64,000 nucleotides of DNA from Zancudomyces culisetae HAW-14-8 (GCA_052426225.1 JBNJNM010000011.1:434001-498000); one strand, 5' to 3'; counted from the first letter of the stretch, positions 48,290-60,893 are shown. Numbers and translations: made by a program. The notes: generated by a model not told the origin, from the letters alone.

Positions 48290-50107
48290 ATGGAACAAGA
48301 AGAAAAAGTGCGCAAAGCGCAATTTACGTGCTACAACGCCAAAAAAAACAACATGAATACTATGAAACAGATGGAATACGATCCGTATAAAGTAAAACAT
48401 CGGAAAAGAACAACGAATAATCAATTCCAGTTTCTAGAAAGGGTGTTCTGCAACAACAAAAAACCCACATCAGAACAGCGATACGAATATTCAGTCAAGT
48501 TGGGGATGACAGTACGGGCGGTTCAGGTATGGTTCCAGAATAGAAGAGCTAAAGAAAAGGAAATGAAACGACGAAGACAACTGGAAAGAGAAAAAAAGAA
48601 AGGAAAAACAGCTAAAAACGACAATGATAACACAGGAAATAATGATAATGACACTAAACTTGATAATAATGGAGGTATTGGCAATGAACTTGGTCGATCA
48701 CATTCTAATCTTAACAGCAAGATAGATACAGAGAGGAATTTAAATATAGAACTTTCAAACTCTAATACTCATACAAACAGTAATCTTAAAAGCGAAATGG
48801 GCGAAACAACCATTGTACAAATCCAGCCAATTAATATGGAAGAAAGAGCCATTGCAAACTCGAGCAGTAAAAGCAGCATTGCAAACCTGTCTGCTAATAA
48901 TAACGCAGATAAAAATAGTAGTGGAAATGATATTGGTATTGGTGGTGGTAACACTGGCGAATCTATGATTGCTACAGGGCAAATACATCCTCAGCAATAT
49001 CAGTCTCGCTCTCAACAAATACACCAGCAACCACAACAGCAACACCAACAACAGCAACAACCACACCAACAGCAACAACAACCACAACAGCAACCACAAC
49101 AGCAACATTCCTATCAAAACTTCAACCAAACACAGCAGATGCAACATCTACAAAAACTCCAACAAGCCCAACAGATGCAACAAATGCAAATGAAAATGTA
49201 CCAAGAAAACACTCTAATTTATGATGATAGATTTGATGGAATGATGGTTTCTCCCGTCAATGAGTACAACTATCCAAACAACATGACTATGAATGGCAAT
49301 GCTATTAACAACCCAGCTTCCTCGTTTAACATTGGCCAGCCCATTCTAAATAAAGATACTCCTTACCAAGGCTATTACAACTACAAATTTAATCCTTCTA
49401 TCCACCCAAACCTCACTTCAAATAACTTTTTGTTGCTTTCTGGTGCTACTCTCCCCTCTGCGAATCCAAATCAAAACCAAAACCAAAACCAAAACCAAAA
49501 TCAAAACCAAAACCAAAATCAAAACCAAAATCAAAACACTCATCTTAATTCCGCCAATCCTCCCTCAAATAACCATTCTCGTCTTTCTCTCCAACAGACT
49601 AACTCTCGGCCCGGTATACAACCACTGCGCCTCAGTCGCCAGAACACCGACCCTGATCATCCCTCCCATTTACCTTTACACCTCAACACTAACCCCTCCG
49701 ATCTCCTCGGTTTCTCTTCATACAATGCTGCTCCCCATGCTTTCTGTTCTCCTGACACTCCCGCAATTCCTACTCCTGGCTTACCTCTTTCTGCCAATTC
49801 AAACCCTTTGTTACTTGTACCAAATAATTCGCTAAATTCAAACTCTTTTAACTCAAACCCCTCTGCAAACCCCACTACCAGTACTTCTTCTAATAATAAC
49901 GCCTGTAATCCTATCCCCTTGTCTCTACCTCTATCTATCCCACTACCCTTACCCAACTCCTTGTCCATATCCTCTCCTGTCCCTTTAACTGCTTCTAATT
50001 CTCTTACCCACTTTTCGAACCACCCTGTCTCCCACTCCGTTGATTACGCCCAATCTCCCTTTGGAAACCCTTTTTCCAATATTCACCACTCGTTTTTCTA
50101 CCCTTAG
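48290..50107 (+). CDS. Homeobox transcription factor with Q/N-rich low-complexity region (605 aa)
   Basis: KHRKRTT...FLERVF...VQVWFQNRRAKEK homeodomain (Q50); poly-Q and (QN)n tracts. Confidence 0.93.
   Translation: MEQEEKVRKAQFTCYNAKKNNMNTMKQMEYDPYKVKHRKRTTNNQFQFLERVFCNNKKPTSEQRYEYSVKLGMTVRAVQVWFQNRRAKEKEMKRRRQLEREKKKGKTAKNDNDNTGNNDNDTKLDNNGGIGNELGRSHSNLNSKIDTERNLNIELSNSNTHTNSNLKSEMGETTIVQIQPINMEERAIANSSSKSSIANLSANNNADKNSSGNDIGIGGGNTGESMIATGQIHPQQYQSRSQQIHQQPQQQHQQQQQPHQQQQQPQQQPQQQHSYQNFNQTQQMQHLQKLQQAQQMQQMQMKMYQENTLIYDDRFDGMMVSPVNEYNYPNNMTMNGNAINNPASSFNIGQPILNKDTPYQGYYNYKFNPSIHPNLTSNNFLLLSGATLPSANPNQNQNQNQNQNQNQNQNQNQNQNTHLNSANPPSNNHSRLSLQQTNSRPGIQPLRLSRQNTDPDHPSHLPLHLNTNPSDLLGFSSYNAAPHAFCSPDTPAIPTPGLPLSANSNPLLLVPNNSLNSNSFNSNPSANPTTSTSSNNNACNPIPLSLPLSIPLPLPNSLSISSPVPLTASNSLTHFSNHPVSHSVDYAQSPFGNPFSNIHHSFFYP
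49468..49538 (+). repeat. (CAAAAY)n hexanucleotide microsatellite encoding (QN)n
   Basis: About 11-12 tandem CAAAAC/CAAAAT units. Confidence 0.9.
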
Positions 50108-50546
50108 TTTTTTTTCTTATTCTCCCCTTCACGCTTCCCTTTCGCCACTATTTAACTCCTTAAAATGAAATGAAAGGAAAGGAAACTTTCTGAACCCCCC
50201 CTTGTATTAATTTATTTCCTTTCTTGTTGGTTTTTTTAATTTATTTTTCTTACTCTTACTCTTCATTTTTGCTTGCATATATCACTACTATTATTTTTTT
50301 TTGAATACAGCTTAATATATTCTCATTAACGCATGTTAGTCACTGCCAAAGTTAAAGTCACACTCTCCCTTCTTTTCTTTTCTTTTCTTTTCTCAAGTGC
50401 ATAAGCTCCGCTTTAACCTTGACCTTCCCTTGTTTACAACGTCTTTTGATATTACTTTACCAGCTTCACTTTTATCCATCGGTTCAAACGTGTCATAACT
50501 GACTTTCTAACGTCTCCTGAACAAGTGCAAGAACAACAGTAACAGC

Positions 50547-50666
50547 AAGAGTAAGAGTAAGAGTAAGAGTAAGAGCAAAAGCAAGAAAAATAGTAGTTTT
50601 TTCTTGCCTTTTATTTAAAACAAGTTTTTTGTTTTTATGTTTTTATGTTTTTATGTTTTTATGTTT
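50547..50666. repeat. Simple repeats (AAGAGT)n and (TTTTTATG)n
   Basis: Direct tandem units at ~50547-50575 and ~50632-50666. Confidence 0.8.
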
Positions 50667-51019
50667 TTTTTAGTAGTGTGGGTTTTGTGTGGGTTTTGTG
50701 TGGAAAATAACAAATTCACCAATTACCATCAACAAGATTTAGTATTTCGGGGAATTGAATGCCAACGTCATCACATTTTTTTTTCTCTACCTAAAAGTAA
50801 ACAAAAATCCTCCTCCTGGTAATTATAATCCCCCCTCCCCCACAAACCTCAAAACAAAAACAAAAAAAAAGAAAAAAAGAAAAAACGGGTGTTTGCTAGC
50901 TAAAACTGAAATTACAAATAGCTTTTCGAAACTAGCTTTTAAATACTAATCTTTTGTACCAACAACAAAAATATCATTCAAGGTCTACCCTTCAGATTTG
51001 ACTCAACGACCACAATAAC

Positions 51020-52495
51020 ATGGTAAAGCCACTTCAGCGCTATATTTTTTATTAATAGGCATGTAATATCTGTATGTGGTTTTCAGCTCGCAAGATTGTT
51101 TAAGCACAATCCAGCCACTACACATCAATCTCACAGTAATACTAATACTATATCAATCATACATTTAGTTTCGAAATCAGTACGATAATGATGCTACAAC
51201 CTGGAGTCCACAGGGACGGATTTTCCAAGTCGAGTATGCTACCGAAGCAGTAAAACAGGGCTCGGCTGTAGTTGGATTAAGGTCGGCAACCAGTGCTGTG
51301 TTGATCGGATTGAAGGTTTGTACATCAATGTTTTCTTCACTTTTTATTTATAAACACTATGACGTGCGCATTTGGCTTTCTATCTTTGTTTTCGGACGGA
51401 GGTGAGGGGGGGGGGGGGGATTTGATATAGTCATGATACCAAGTGGTGATTGGGAAGAAAAGGGCAAAAGTTCAAATTCAAATCAAATTCCAATATACGG
51501 ATGAACATGATTTAATCCCTCTCTTTATTCTCATCAATGGTATTAATTCAAATTCATATTTGTAGAGATCTCCCGATGAGAAGCTGGCCAGCTACCAGAA
51601 AAAGATCTTCAAAATAGATTCACATATGGGTGTGGCGATCGCTGGATTGACCTCAGATGCCAGAATATTAAGGTACCGTAGCTATACTTTATAGATATAT
51701 GCTTTTTACAACAATCTCGAATATTTATTTCACAAAGGAATTCTGTTTACTAGCAAATTTACTATTTGTTTTATTTCGGACTAACATCGAGTAAAGCTAA
51801 ATATGTATGCATATATTTGAATACTTTTGTTTTTAGCAACTATTTAAGAAACGAGGCCATGAAGTACCGTATAGTCTATGATCGACCACAACCAGTAAAC
51901 AGAGCTATGGATGCAATTGGAACAAGTAAGATTTCATATCGTTTTTTCTTGTTTTTCTTTTTTTTTTTTCTTCACATTTGTGCACCCTTTTAGGCCAGAC
52001 CCATCATCTTTTATAAAATCACAATACCATTACATCCTATGACTTTGATTTATAGAGGCGCAAAAAAATACACAATCCTATGGAGGCAGGCCTTATGGCG
52101 TGGGTTTGCTGGCTATTGGAAAAGACTCCACGGGTCCTCATTTGTTTGAATTCAGTCCTTCTGGGATAATTTCCGAATACTATGCTTATTCAATCGGTTC
52201 ACGGTCTCAAACTGCGAGGACATACTTGGAACGCCACTATCAATCATTTGCTAATGATAACGGCAGTGGTGATTGCTCAGCTTCCACCAACGATCTTATT
52301 ATTCATGGCCTAAAGGCATTAAGGGACACATTGCCCCAAGACAAGCATCTTGATTGTAATAATATCACTATTTCCTACATTGACAGCAACACTGACTTTA
52401 CAATTGTTGATGGTGAGGACACACAAAAATATCTGGATTTGCTTGAGGATAATATTTCTTCAAACAACAGCATGCCTGTCGACGATGCCGAGTAA
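51020..52495 (+). CDS. PRE5: 20S proteasome subunit alpha-6 (PSMA1 type); join(51020..51022,51169..51315,51566..51672,51837..51925,52056..52495)
   Basis: Spliced product [25 protein letters not shown]...[13 protein letters not shown]...[14 protein letters not shown]...[14 protein letters not shown]; all four introns GT-AG and in phase. Confidence 0.95.
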
Positions 52496-52918
52496 TTCTT
52501 GTTATATTTTTTGATATCGCTCTCTCAAATTTACTTGTTCTTTTACCTTTTTTTTTTGTCATTTAAATGAAATAAAGGAAGATATTTGCTACCCAGTTGG
52601 CTGTGTCATGCCAACTTTTCCAATATCCAAGTTGCTAAAATCCAATCTCTCAACTCCTAAAACATGGAAATATGAGGAATAATAGTAATAAACTACAATT
52701 CTTGAATCCTCGAAAAACTCTACTTGGAAGTTTATCCATACACAAAGCAACTTTGTTCCTTTTTTTTTTTGGATTCATGTAGAAAGTTTATATTTTATAT
52801 TTCAAGTAGTGATTTCGTCAAAGTTAGGTAAAAGAAATAGAATAGTACAACCATATCAAAAAAATTACATGTTAATAGCACATTGACTAAATAAATTAAA
52901 AACCAAAAGCCTGTTTAT

Positions 52919-55900
52919 TCATTGAAATGATTCCAGCTTGGAAACTATATTCTTTGCAAAACTGCTTTTTCTAAGAAGACTCAGATATGGCATCAGACAA
53001 TCAATAATGATCCTGGGGTTTTCTGGGAAGTTTGTATCAAGAAGCCGCTGAACTACATAGTTGGCGAATTGGTCCTTTGCCATCAACACCAATAGTGGAG
53101 TCCCATTCCTGTTGTTACACTTGAGCATGTCATTTTCTGACAGTAGAAGGGAAAGCAAATCAGTCTTGGAACTGTATATAATAACCGATTCAAGTACATT
53201 TGAGGCGAATTTATGTTTGCCAAAGGCGTAGATCCTGGTGTTCATTAGCGACAGTATTTTTTTTCGGTGGTGCTGATGCCCATACTGTACCAAGTGTTGA
53301 ACAACGTAGTTTCCGTACTGATCCACAATCATGGAACTGATATATGGATATATTTGCTCTGCTAGTTTATCAAGCATGCTTGTGGTTGTTATTGTGCCTG
53401 CACATCCCATATTATACCGCGAAAAATCGCCACTGCCATCGCTACCATGCTCCACCAATCTCTGGACTACTCTGCAACCATATGGATGCATAGCTAGGAC
53501 GGCTAAATCAGCCATGTCTTTGTCTACATTTCCGAACATAATATCACTACCATTGCCTCTAGCATCGCTCTGGTTGAAACTTCTCGCAGTATTCTGACCC
53601 CTTTTGCCTTCTATGAGCTCCTCTGCTATAAATTGAATTGCGTTCAGTGGAATGTACTGTATTCCCATCTGCAAAACATGGTTTGCATTCTGATCGATTG
53701 CACAGTTGAACACCGAACCCTTAAACTCATTTATAATGGTTATCTGTTTTTCCACCATATTCAGCTGATGCAAATGTTTAATTAGCTTTTGGATTACCCT
53801 GCATCCATATGTTTGTAGCGACAATGTGGTTACTAGTTTTTTTTCAATTATGTATTCATAAATTACTTCTATCTGAGATGGTGATCCACACTCAATAAAT
53901 TTCTGAATCACATAGTTTCCAAACACATCTGTCATCAGTCGGAAAATACCGTTCTTTTCTGCAACGATTTCTTCAAATATAAATTCCTTTTGTTTAATTG
54001 TCACTACGGCCGCTTCCAATTTTTGCTGAATAAACCTTGAACCATGTTGATCTGTGCATAAACCCAGTACAAATCCACGAATTTCACTTAATCCTATTTT
54101 GTTGTTCTTCGCATTTTTGATTTCATGAATGAGCCTATTCAACTGTTTTATCTTTTCCGCATCGTTTTCTCCCTTTGAATTAACTCTGCTAAAAAGAAAA
54201 TTGGTTCCGCAGCCATTACTTTGTTCCTTTTGCTCTCCATAATTTCTGCTTAAATCCTCCATAAAGGACCCAGCTGCAGTATCAACACTGTTTTCTCTAC
54301 TCCAGTTTTCAGAAGCTGGGTTTGATAGTAGTATAGAGCAAGACGATACTGTTGATGAGGACAGAGTTGAACTGTTTGATCTGGGTGTATATTGCACATA
54401 GGCACCTCCATGGCGCTGAGAAGAGACACAAGATTGGTTATTTAAATACTTTTGCGTGTTTTGGTTGCCATACCCTAACATATGCTGATTAAGATTATAA
54501 ATGGTGTCTCTAGGCATGAATCCTGTGTCAAATTGAGGATTCACATTTCCAACCACGGCATTATTATTTTTTGGTCGGTTTGTATTGTTTATAAAAATAG
54601 AATTATCTCCGTTATGCCCGTTAATATACCCCAATGTTAGATTTGATCCCAATCTGTGCTTCTCATTTATAAGCTCCATATGTTGAGCATCGTTATACAT
54701 CATATATTCCTTATCGACCTCTAACCCAATATCATTGACATGAATAGCATCATCAATATTAAATGAGGGTTCAAAGGATAGTGATTGTTGAAACCTCACT
54801 TCAGCATCACTATTGTGCCCATTGATGCTACCTTTATCTTTAACTCCACCTTTCCTAGGATTTGAGTTAAACATAGCACGCTCCCCTAGAGTGTCCATCC
54901 TGGGCATTTCGTCATACTTTATGATGTTTGGATAACTTCCATTGCTTGATGTCTTTTGATGAATTACATGGTTATAATTACTATAACCATAGCTCGTAGA
55001 ATTTTTGTCAACAACCCCTTGGTCTTTACAAATTCTAGGGCTATAAATGTTTTCAAGAAACGAGCTGTTTTTCCTGTCCTCAATATACCTTCTATACTTT
55101 TCAGTATTGGAGGCAAAAGGCAAATATGGTTCTGAATTTAGCAATTCAACATCCTCCATAAGGTTTGAAATATCAACATCGGCGTTTTTGTGATCCTTGC
55201 TATCCTTATATTTACAAGACACCAGGGGATTGTATAAGTGCGCTAGGCCAAACTCACCTCTCTCGGTTTCGGCATCTATTATCTGTACATCGTTTCTCTT
55301 TCCTGGTAAATTGTAACCGTATTGGTCTATTTCCATTCTCATGCCAGGCGGTGCGTGTGTGTTTATGCTGGTGCTGCCAGACTGGTTTGGAAAGGATCCG
55401 CGTAAAGCCTCACCATTCCATCTTCCAAATTCATATCTATCAAGCTGAGATACTTGTGTTTCTCCACGATTTATACTTAAAAAACTGGGCATATTTTGGG
55501 TATCTTTGAAAACACTTCTTTCAAGGTGTGTAAGATTACCGTTCTGGTTAACCTCTTTCATACTCCAGTGATTTTTGTTTGTAGGGTAATTATCACTCAA
55601 TTTATGACTATTACTCAAAACACAACCGTCAAAGCCTTGTGTCGATAAATACTGGGAATTTGGAGCTGTAAAAAATTCGTTGTCTTCCACTACGCTTTTC
55701 ACCGATCCACCGTCAAGTGAGTTTTTGTTTAAAATATTCCTGTAAAACTCTTGTCCCTCTATTATCCTACCACTATTATTCACATTCACAAAATTAAAGC
55801 TATTACTATTACAGGTTCTACGCTCGTTAAATGCAGCTTTCTTGTGTGTCATTGCTGCAAATGTGTTTGAAGCGTCTCTAATACCCCTATTTCTTTGTGG

Positions 55901-55945
55901 ACCAACCTCTGCACCATTGGATGCCGTCATAAATATCTGTTCCAT
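52919..55945 (-). CDS. PUF3: Pumilio-family RNA-binding protein, Puf3/PUM1 type (1008 aa)
   Basis: Eight PUM repeats with recognition residues SR..Q, NY..Q, CR..Q, NH..Q, CR..Q, NY..Q, SN..E, NY..Q, the canonical UGUANAUA code; long N-rich N-terminus. Confidence 0.92.
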   Translation of the reverse strand: MEQIFMTASNGAEVGPQRNRGIRDASNTFAAMTHKKAAFNERRTCNSNSFNFVNVNNSGRIIEGQEFYRNILNKNSLDGGSVKSVVEDNEFFTAPNSQYLSTQGFDGCVLSNSHKLSDNYPTNKNHWSMKEVNQNGNLTHLERSVFKDTQNMPSFLSINRGETQVSQLDRYEFGRWNGEALRGSFPNQSGSTSINTHAPPGMRMEIDQYGYNLPGKRNDVQIIDAETERGEFGLAHLYNPLVSCKYKDSKDHKNADVDISNLMEDVELLNSEPYLPFASNTEKYRRYIEDRKNSSFLENIYSPRICKDQGVVDKNSTSYGYSNYNHVIHQKTSSNGSYPNIIKYDEMPRMDTLGERAMFNSNPRKGGVKDKGSINGHNSDAEVRFQQSLSFEPSFNIDDAIHVNDIGLEVDKEYMMYNDAQHMELINEKHRLGSNLTLGYINGHNGDNSIFINNTNRPKNNNAVVGNVNPQFDTGFMPRDTIYNLNQHMLGYGNQNTQKYLNNQSCVSSQRHGGAYVQYTPRSNSSTLSSSTVSSCSILLSNPASENWSRENSVDTAAGSFMEDLSRNYGEQKEQSNGCGTNFLFSRVNSKGENDAEKIKQLNRLIHEIKNAKNNKIGLSEIRGFVLGLCTDQHGSRFIQQKLEAAVVTIKQKEFIFEEIVAEKNGIFRLMTDVFGNYVIQKFIECGSPSQIEVIYEYIIEKKLVTTLSLQTYGCRVIQKLIKHLHQLNMVEKQITIINEFKGSVFNCAIDQNANHVLQMGIQYIPLNAIQFIAEELIEGKRGQNTARSFNQSDARGNGSDIMFGNVDKDMADLAVLAMHPYGCRVVQRLVEHGSDGSGDFSRYNMGCAGTITTTSMLDKLAEQIYPYISSMIVDQYGNYVVQHLVQYGHQHHRKKILSLMNTRIYAFGKHKFASNVLESVIIYSSKTDLLSLLLSENDMLKCNNRNGTPLLVLMAKDQFANYVVQRLLDTNFPENPRIIIDCLMPYLSLLRKSSFAKNIVSKLESFQ

Positions 55946-58900
55946 AACTATCTCACTTTTTTACTTTACAAGTTAAAAGTACTACAATTGCAGTTACTGG
56001 GTTTATATTCTCTTTATCTCCCTTGTTGGGCAAAGTAGTTTGTTGATCTACTGTGTTTTTATAATTTATATACAGCGAGCTTTTTTTATTTGAACTAGCA
56101 CAAATATTGCCCTTCTTTTTTGTACTCAAAACTCCAGGCTAACTTGGCGAACGTGCTTAGTACGAATAATAATCCAAAATGTCGAGAGCGTTACGTTTTG
56201 ATTTGTATATATGTATTCCGCGCCTTTTCTTTCTTTTTCTTTTCTCCAAAAAAAATATCGCTTTTAATGAGAAGGTATAACACTGTAGAAATCTGGTTGT
56301 AACGTATCGATACAATGATCTGGACTTTGTTTTCGATACTATAGATACTGTATTTTGTGCAGTTATCTTTCGGATGCTTCAATCGGCGCTCAAAAAGTGT
56401 ACTGTTGTGGAGGTTTATATCTATGTATTCACTTTTGATATTTATGCCCTTTTGTTAGATTTGGGTTTTTTAAAAAACTGATCGCATAAAATAGATCTCT
56501 GCTCGATAGTTACCCTAGTAATACTTCACGCTATGAGAGGCTGTAGTTTTAAAAAATTTGTATGAACAATAGGTGGGCAAAGGTGTTGTTAAATATCCGA
56601 ACAATGTTTTCTCTTGATTATCCAGTACGTAACCCACGCACAGTATTTCTTGTTCTTTCTTTATAACTTTCGTAGCAATTTATATAGGGTGTCTCATAAA
56701 ACTTTTGTTTGCCTTTAAATATCAAAATGGCAAAATAGGATCCTGGTATTTCCTTTTGGATAGCTGAGTCAAACAAACGTGAAAATGATTTAACGGGTTA
56801 CTGGTTGTGTATCAGCGTATGATCCAGTGTAGTTGAGTCTTCTGATTGTCAAGGTTGTGTAGAGGATGCCAACGCTAATATTTATTGCCCTCTCCAATTA
56901 AGTAGTAAAACTTGGTAGTTAACCTTGTTCAATTATTCTATTTGTTGTTAATAGGTTTGATTAGAAAGACCGAATCTCATTTACAATATTCGAGATTAAG
57001 TTTGCATTATCTGATTATGATTGGGTAGCTACCACTTTTTTTTTTGGATTGAGGAAAAAATTGTATTGCAAAATCGTTGAGCAAGCAGGCAAATAAATAA
57101 ACAAACCAAAATGCTGAAAGACAATTCACAAACCCTCACCCCCCCTGCATAGAAATTAGACGAAATTAAACTTACCTATAATCGCTGTGAATTTCCAGGA
57201 TATACTGGAAGTATTACTTTTATACTTATTGGTTAGTTGTTTGGTGTTTTCTTTCTGAAAACAGCTTTGCACCATCAACAAAAGTATGTCGGAAAAATTG
57301 TGAATATGATTCAGACAAACAAATAAACAATTGTCAATAAACAAAAGACAGCCTAATGTAGCTATACCGACCTGCTAACTGCTATAAACAAATAAACTTT
57401 ATAATCAAAGTTGTTTTATCGAATATCAAAAGAAATAAACAATACACCAACGATTAATGTTTTTGGAAACCTATTGTGGTTGTAATGGTGTATTTATACG
57501 AAATATTTTTGAACACAGCGATTTTTATAAACATATACATAAAGTTAAATAGCAGTATATATCAGCTTGTTTGTGTTGATTATCTTTAATATTGGGGTTT
57601 TCAACGATGAAATAAAAAGGCACTAGAACAGAGTTGTTGTACATTAACCAATTTCAAGAGGGGGAGGAGGGCCGTTTAACTTATGTTCTGGGTTTATGAA
57701 ATATATAACAAGGTTGAAATGGCCCACAATTAATATTATTCTTTTTTACACTGCTCTTTTACTGGAGCATACTCCAATGGCAAAAAAGTATATACGCATT
57801 TCGAGTGTTTCCCGCTCAGTCTGACTGTTTTCTTAGAGCATTGGTGGTCATTGCAGAAAAAAAAAGCTATCCACCTCCCAACTTTCCTGCAAGTTTTTTT
57901 TTTAAAGGTTACAAATTCTCGAATCACTGGCTCGATCTTTCAATTTATGACCATTGCTTACTACAACCAGAAACAGAAGGGAGGGGAAGGAGGAGTGAGG
58001 AAGGGTTACCAATAAACAATGGGCCAGAAGGAGCAACTTTCCTCGCAAAATAAAATTTAAAGCATATCATTAAACTGCACAAATGCTGCCAGAGTAGACC
58101 TGGTTTAATAAGTATACTCTAATATAATTGGCGATGCAAGATTTGAGCCCATCTCCCTATAGGCTACTTCGTACTAAGCGGAACAGATATCACAATTTAA
58201 TTCGAGTTTTCGCCTTTGCGGAAAGAGGATAGTAGCACTAGGTCCACCCACATCGTCAATTATCAAAGAGCATGCACACCTAGCTCTGGACCTTTATATT
58301 TTTACATTATTGGGAAGTGGGAAATAAATAAGCTTTAAAATTTAAAAAATACACAAAATAAAAAAAATAAAAAAAATAAGGGGGGAGAATTCACCAGCTA
58401 TTTACTATACTTGTTTCTCCAATTTTAGCGAAATTTGCAAAGGGTAGGTGAAAAACAAGAAACCTATTGTTTACAGTAAACTCCGTCCCCAAACGATGGG
58501 CCAGCCCATAGTCGGCAATTTGTGCAAACCGTAGCCCATAAGTTACTTATTCAGATAATTAAGAATGGTATAGCGGATTTCGTTTCCAATAACTATGCCA
58601 TACACCCAAACATCAAATACCTCCATTCCGATTCACTGAGCTGTAATTTGGTTAAATTTCTTTCATTGGTATGTCAATCCTTTGGATCTTTAAGAGGTTG
58701 TAATGGAGAGAGAGAGTATGTGTGTGTGTGTGTGAAGCTATGTAGGTAATTGCTACGACTTTACTCATAGCTTATTACCCAGGTCCATTTTTTTGCCAAA
58801 CTTTTATTTTGCATGTTTATGTTTGTGTTTTGTATGAGGTTGGAAAGTAACAGGGCGATATTGATAAAATAGTGTAGTATTTCTAAGGGTTAAATACACA

Positions 58901-59736
58901 AACCATTGCTTGCTCTCTATAATAATAATATTTTTTTAATACGTATAAAGGTACTCATTTAAAGGCAGAAGGTGTTAGTGGATCCATATATATTAATAAA
59001 TAACTATGAACCTCGAAAAAGAGCTAACAGTGTGCTTTGTTGGGTGAGCGAGGAGGGTGGTGGTATGTACGAATACAAGATTTACACTACTGTACTTTTT
59101 CACTTTTCTGGCTGCTTGGTGAATGCTCAGTGATATACCAGTTGATGTGGATAATTTACACATTGTAAGTGGGTTTTGTTTCTGGTCTTGTAATAAGGTG
59201 CTTGCTTTCAAGTATACCCGCGACACCGTTTCCTGGAGTCAAACTACAATAGCTATTTTAATACTGTTTTGAATGTGAAATTAAAAGCACACCAGTGCAC
59301 AGTAGTGGTTTGTTTGCTGTGTAGCCACACAAATATGTTTCTTTATTTCCTCAACAATAACCATTTCGGGCGTTTCAGATGGCTTGTCAGATTTATTACT
59401 GTACGCTAGCTCTGTTGGTGGCTATCTGTTACAGGTTTCGAAAATATTCGAGTACTGGTGGAGTATAAAGAGCAGACCAATCACTTTACAAAAAAATTGC
59501 AACCCAGCCAATGAGTTTAGTTAATTTTTTGTCATTTGCTAACTTTTCTCGCTATTTTTTATAAGCGGATTTATCGAAATTGACCACCTGATTATTACAT
59601 TGCTCAACAACCCCCCCTCAATTTAAAGATTAAAAACCTGACTAAATGCATATAAATGTCAAAAAGGAATACAGCCAGCCCTTTTTGCTATTCAAAATCA
59701 TTTGAATTGAGTTCTCTAAAACTTTAGATTAAAACA

Positions 59737-60253
59737 ATGGAAAGATATATAGTTGTATTCCGCAAAGGCTGTGCTGACAACCTTCGAACCAGTGCTTTGG
59801 ATTCTGTCGCAGGAATGGGTAAACTGTTTTTTTAATTTCGCTGGTTTTTTTTTGCTTTGTGTGCAAGTGTTGTGATAAAATTCTACATTTCAACCTGTTA
59901 ACAATTCTTATCAAAAACTAATCATAAATTTGGAAAAAAAATAACCAGGAGGAAAAGTTCTCGACACTTTGGATATCATCAACGGTGTGGTCGTTGCTGT
60001 TCCAGAGAATTCAATCAGTAGGTTTCAACTACCCTTCTGCATACATATACGCATAAACATACACATAAATTTGAATATATATTTCAGTTGATAGTAAAAT
60101 TAAACGATTTTTACCATTAAAAAAATATAACACAAACATGCTATACGAGTTTTCAAACATTGCAATAATTTTAAATTTACATGAATAGGGACCCTAGAAG
60201 CTCATGAATGTATCGACTACATTGAAAAGGATTCGCAAGTCTCTATTTCTTAG
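59737..60253 (+). CDS. Stand-alone peptidase inhibitor I9 (subtilisin propeptide-like, Pbi2/POIA1 type), 71 aa; join(59737..59818,59949..60017,60189..60253)
   Basis: Absent from the ORF track. Spliced product MERYIVVFRKG...GGKVLDTLDIINGVVVAVPE...ECIDYIEKDSQVSIS has the YIVVF, GG-x-V and YIExD-x-V pattern; GT-AG introns in phase; TATAAA upstream (~59651). Confidence 0.85.
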
Positions 60254-60893
60254 TCTAGAAATTATCCTATTTAGCGTATCAATCTCATACTCCACTTGGT
60301 TTATGAAAACGGGATTGGAACATAACTTTTTTTAAAAAGATAAAAATAAACTATTAACTGTGAACTGTGAACTCGGAGTGCATCTTTTCTAAGGACGAGA
60401 TATGCAGGTGGGTTTGTGCCGTCTTTTAAGAGTCAACGGTATAAATAAATATCGAGAGTGTACGTGGACTAAAAAATTTTGTCCTCGAGTCAAGAAATTT
60501 TCACTATTTGCAACACGATAATTCGAATCACAAAGGCATTTTTTGAGGGGTTTAGTTGTCTGATGGGGAAACGAAACCAAACATGTACGCAGTTCTGGTA
60601 TTGTAAATTTGTAAAGGTGCCTTTATTTTTATCCACAAAAGATAGAACCTATTAAACCCACGGTCTCTAGCCTTGGCTTTATTTCTGGACGAAGAGGTGA
60701 TCGGTTCAGCCCCAAACCACACCAAAGCCTGTTGCTTTTAGTATGTTTAGAAACTGGCCATATTTAAACTACTAGTCCAAAAGAGAGATATGATAGGTGT
60801 ATGGTATATAGGAAAAGGCATGTGCTATTCCAGTGGCCTACCAATTGTATGAATCGATGATGAGATGGTAGATCCACTTAGCTCCCAGGAAGC

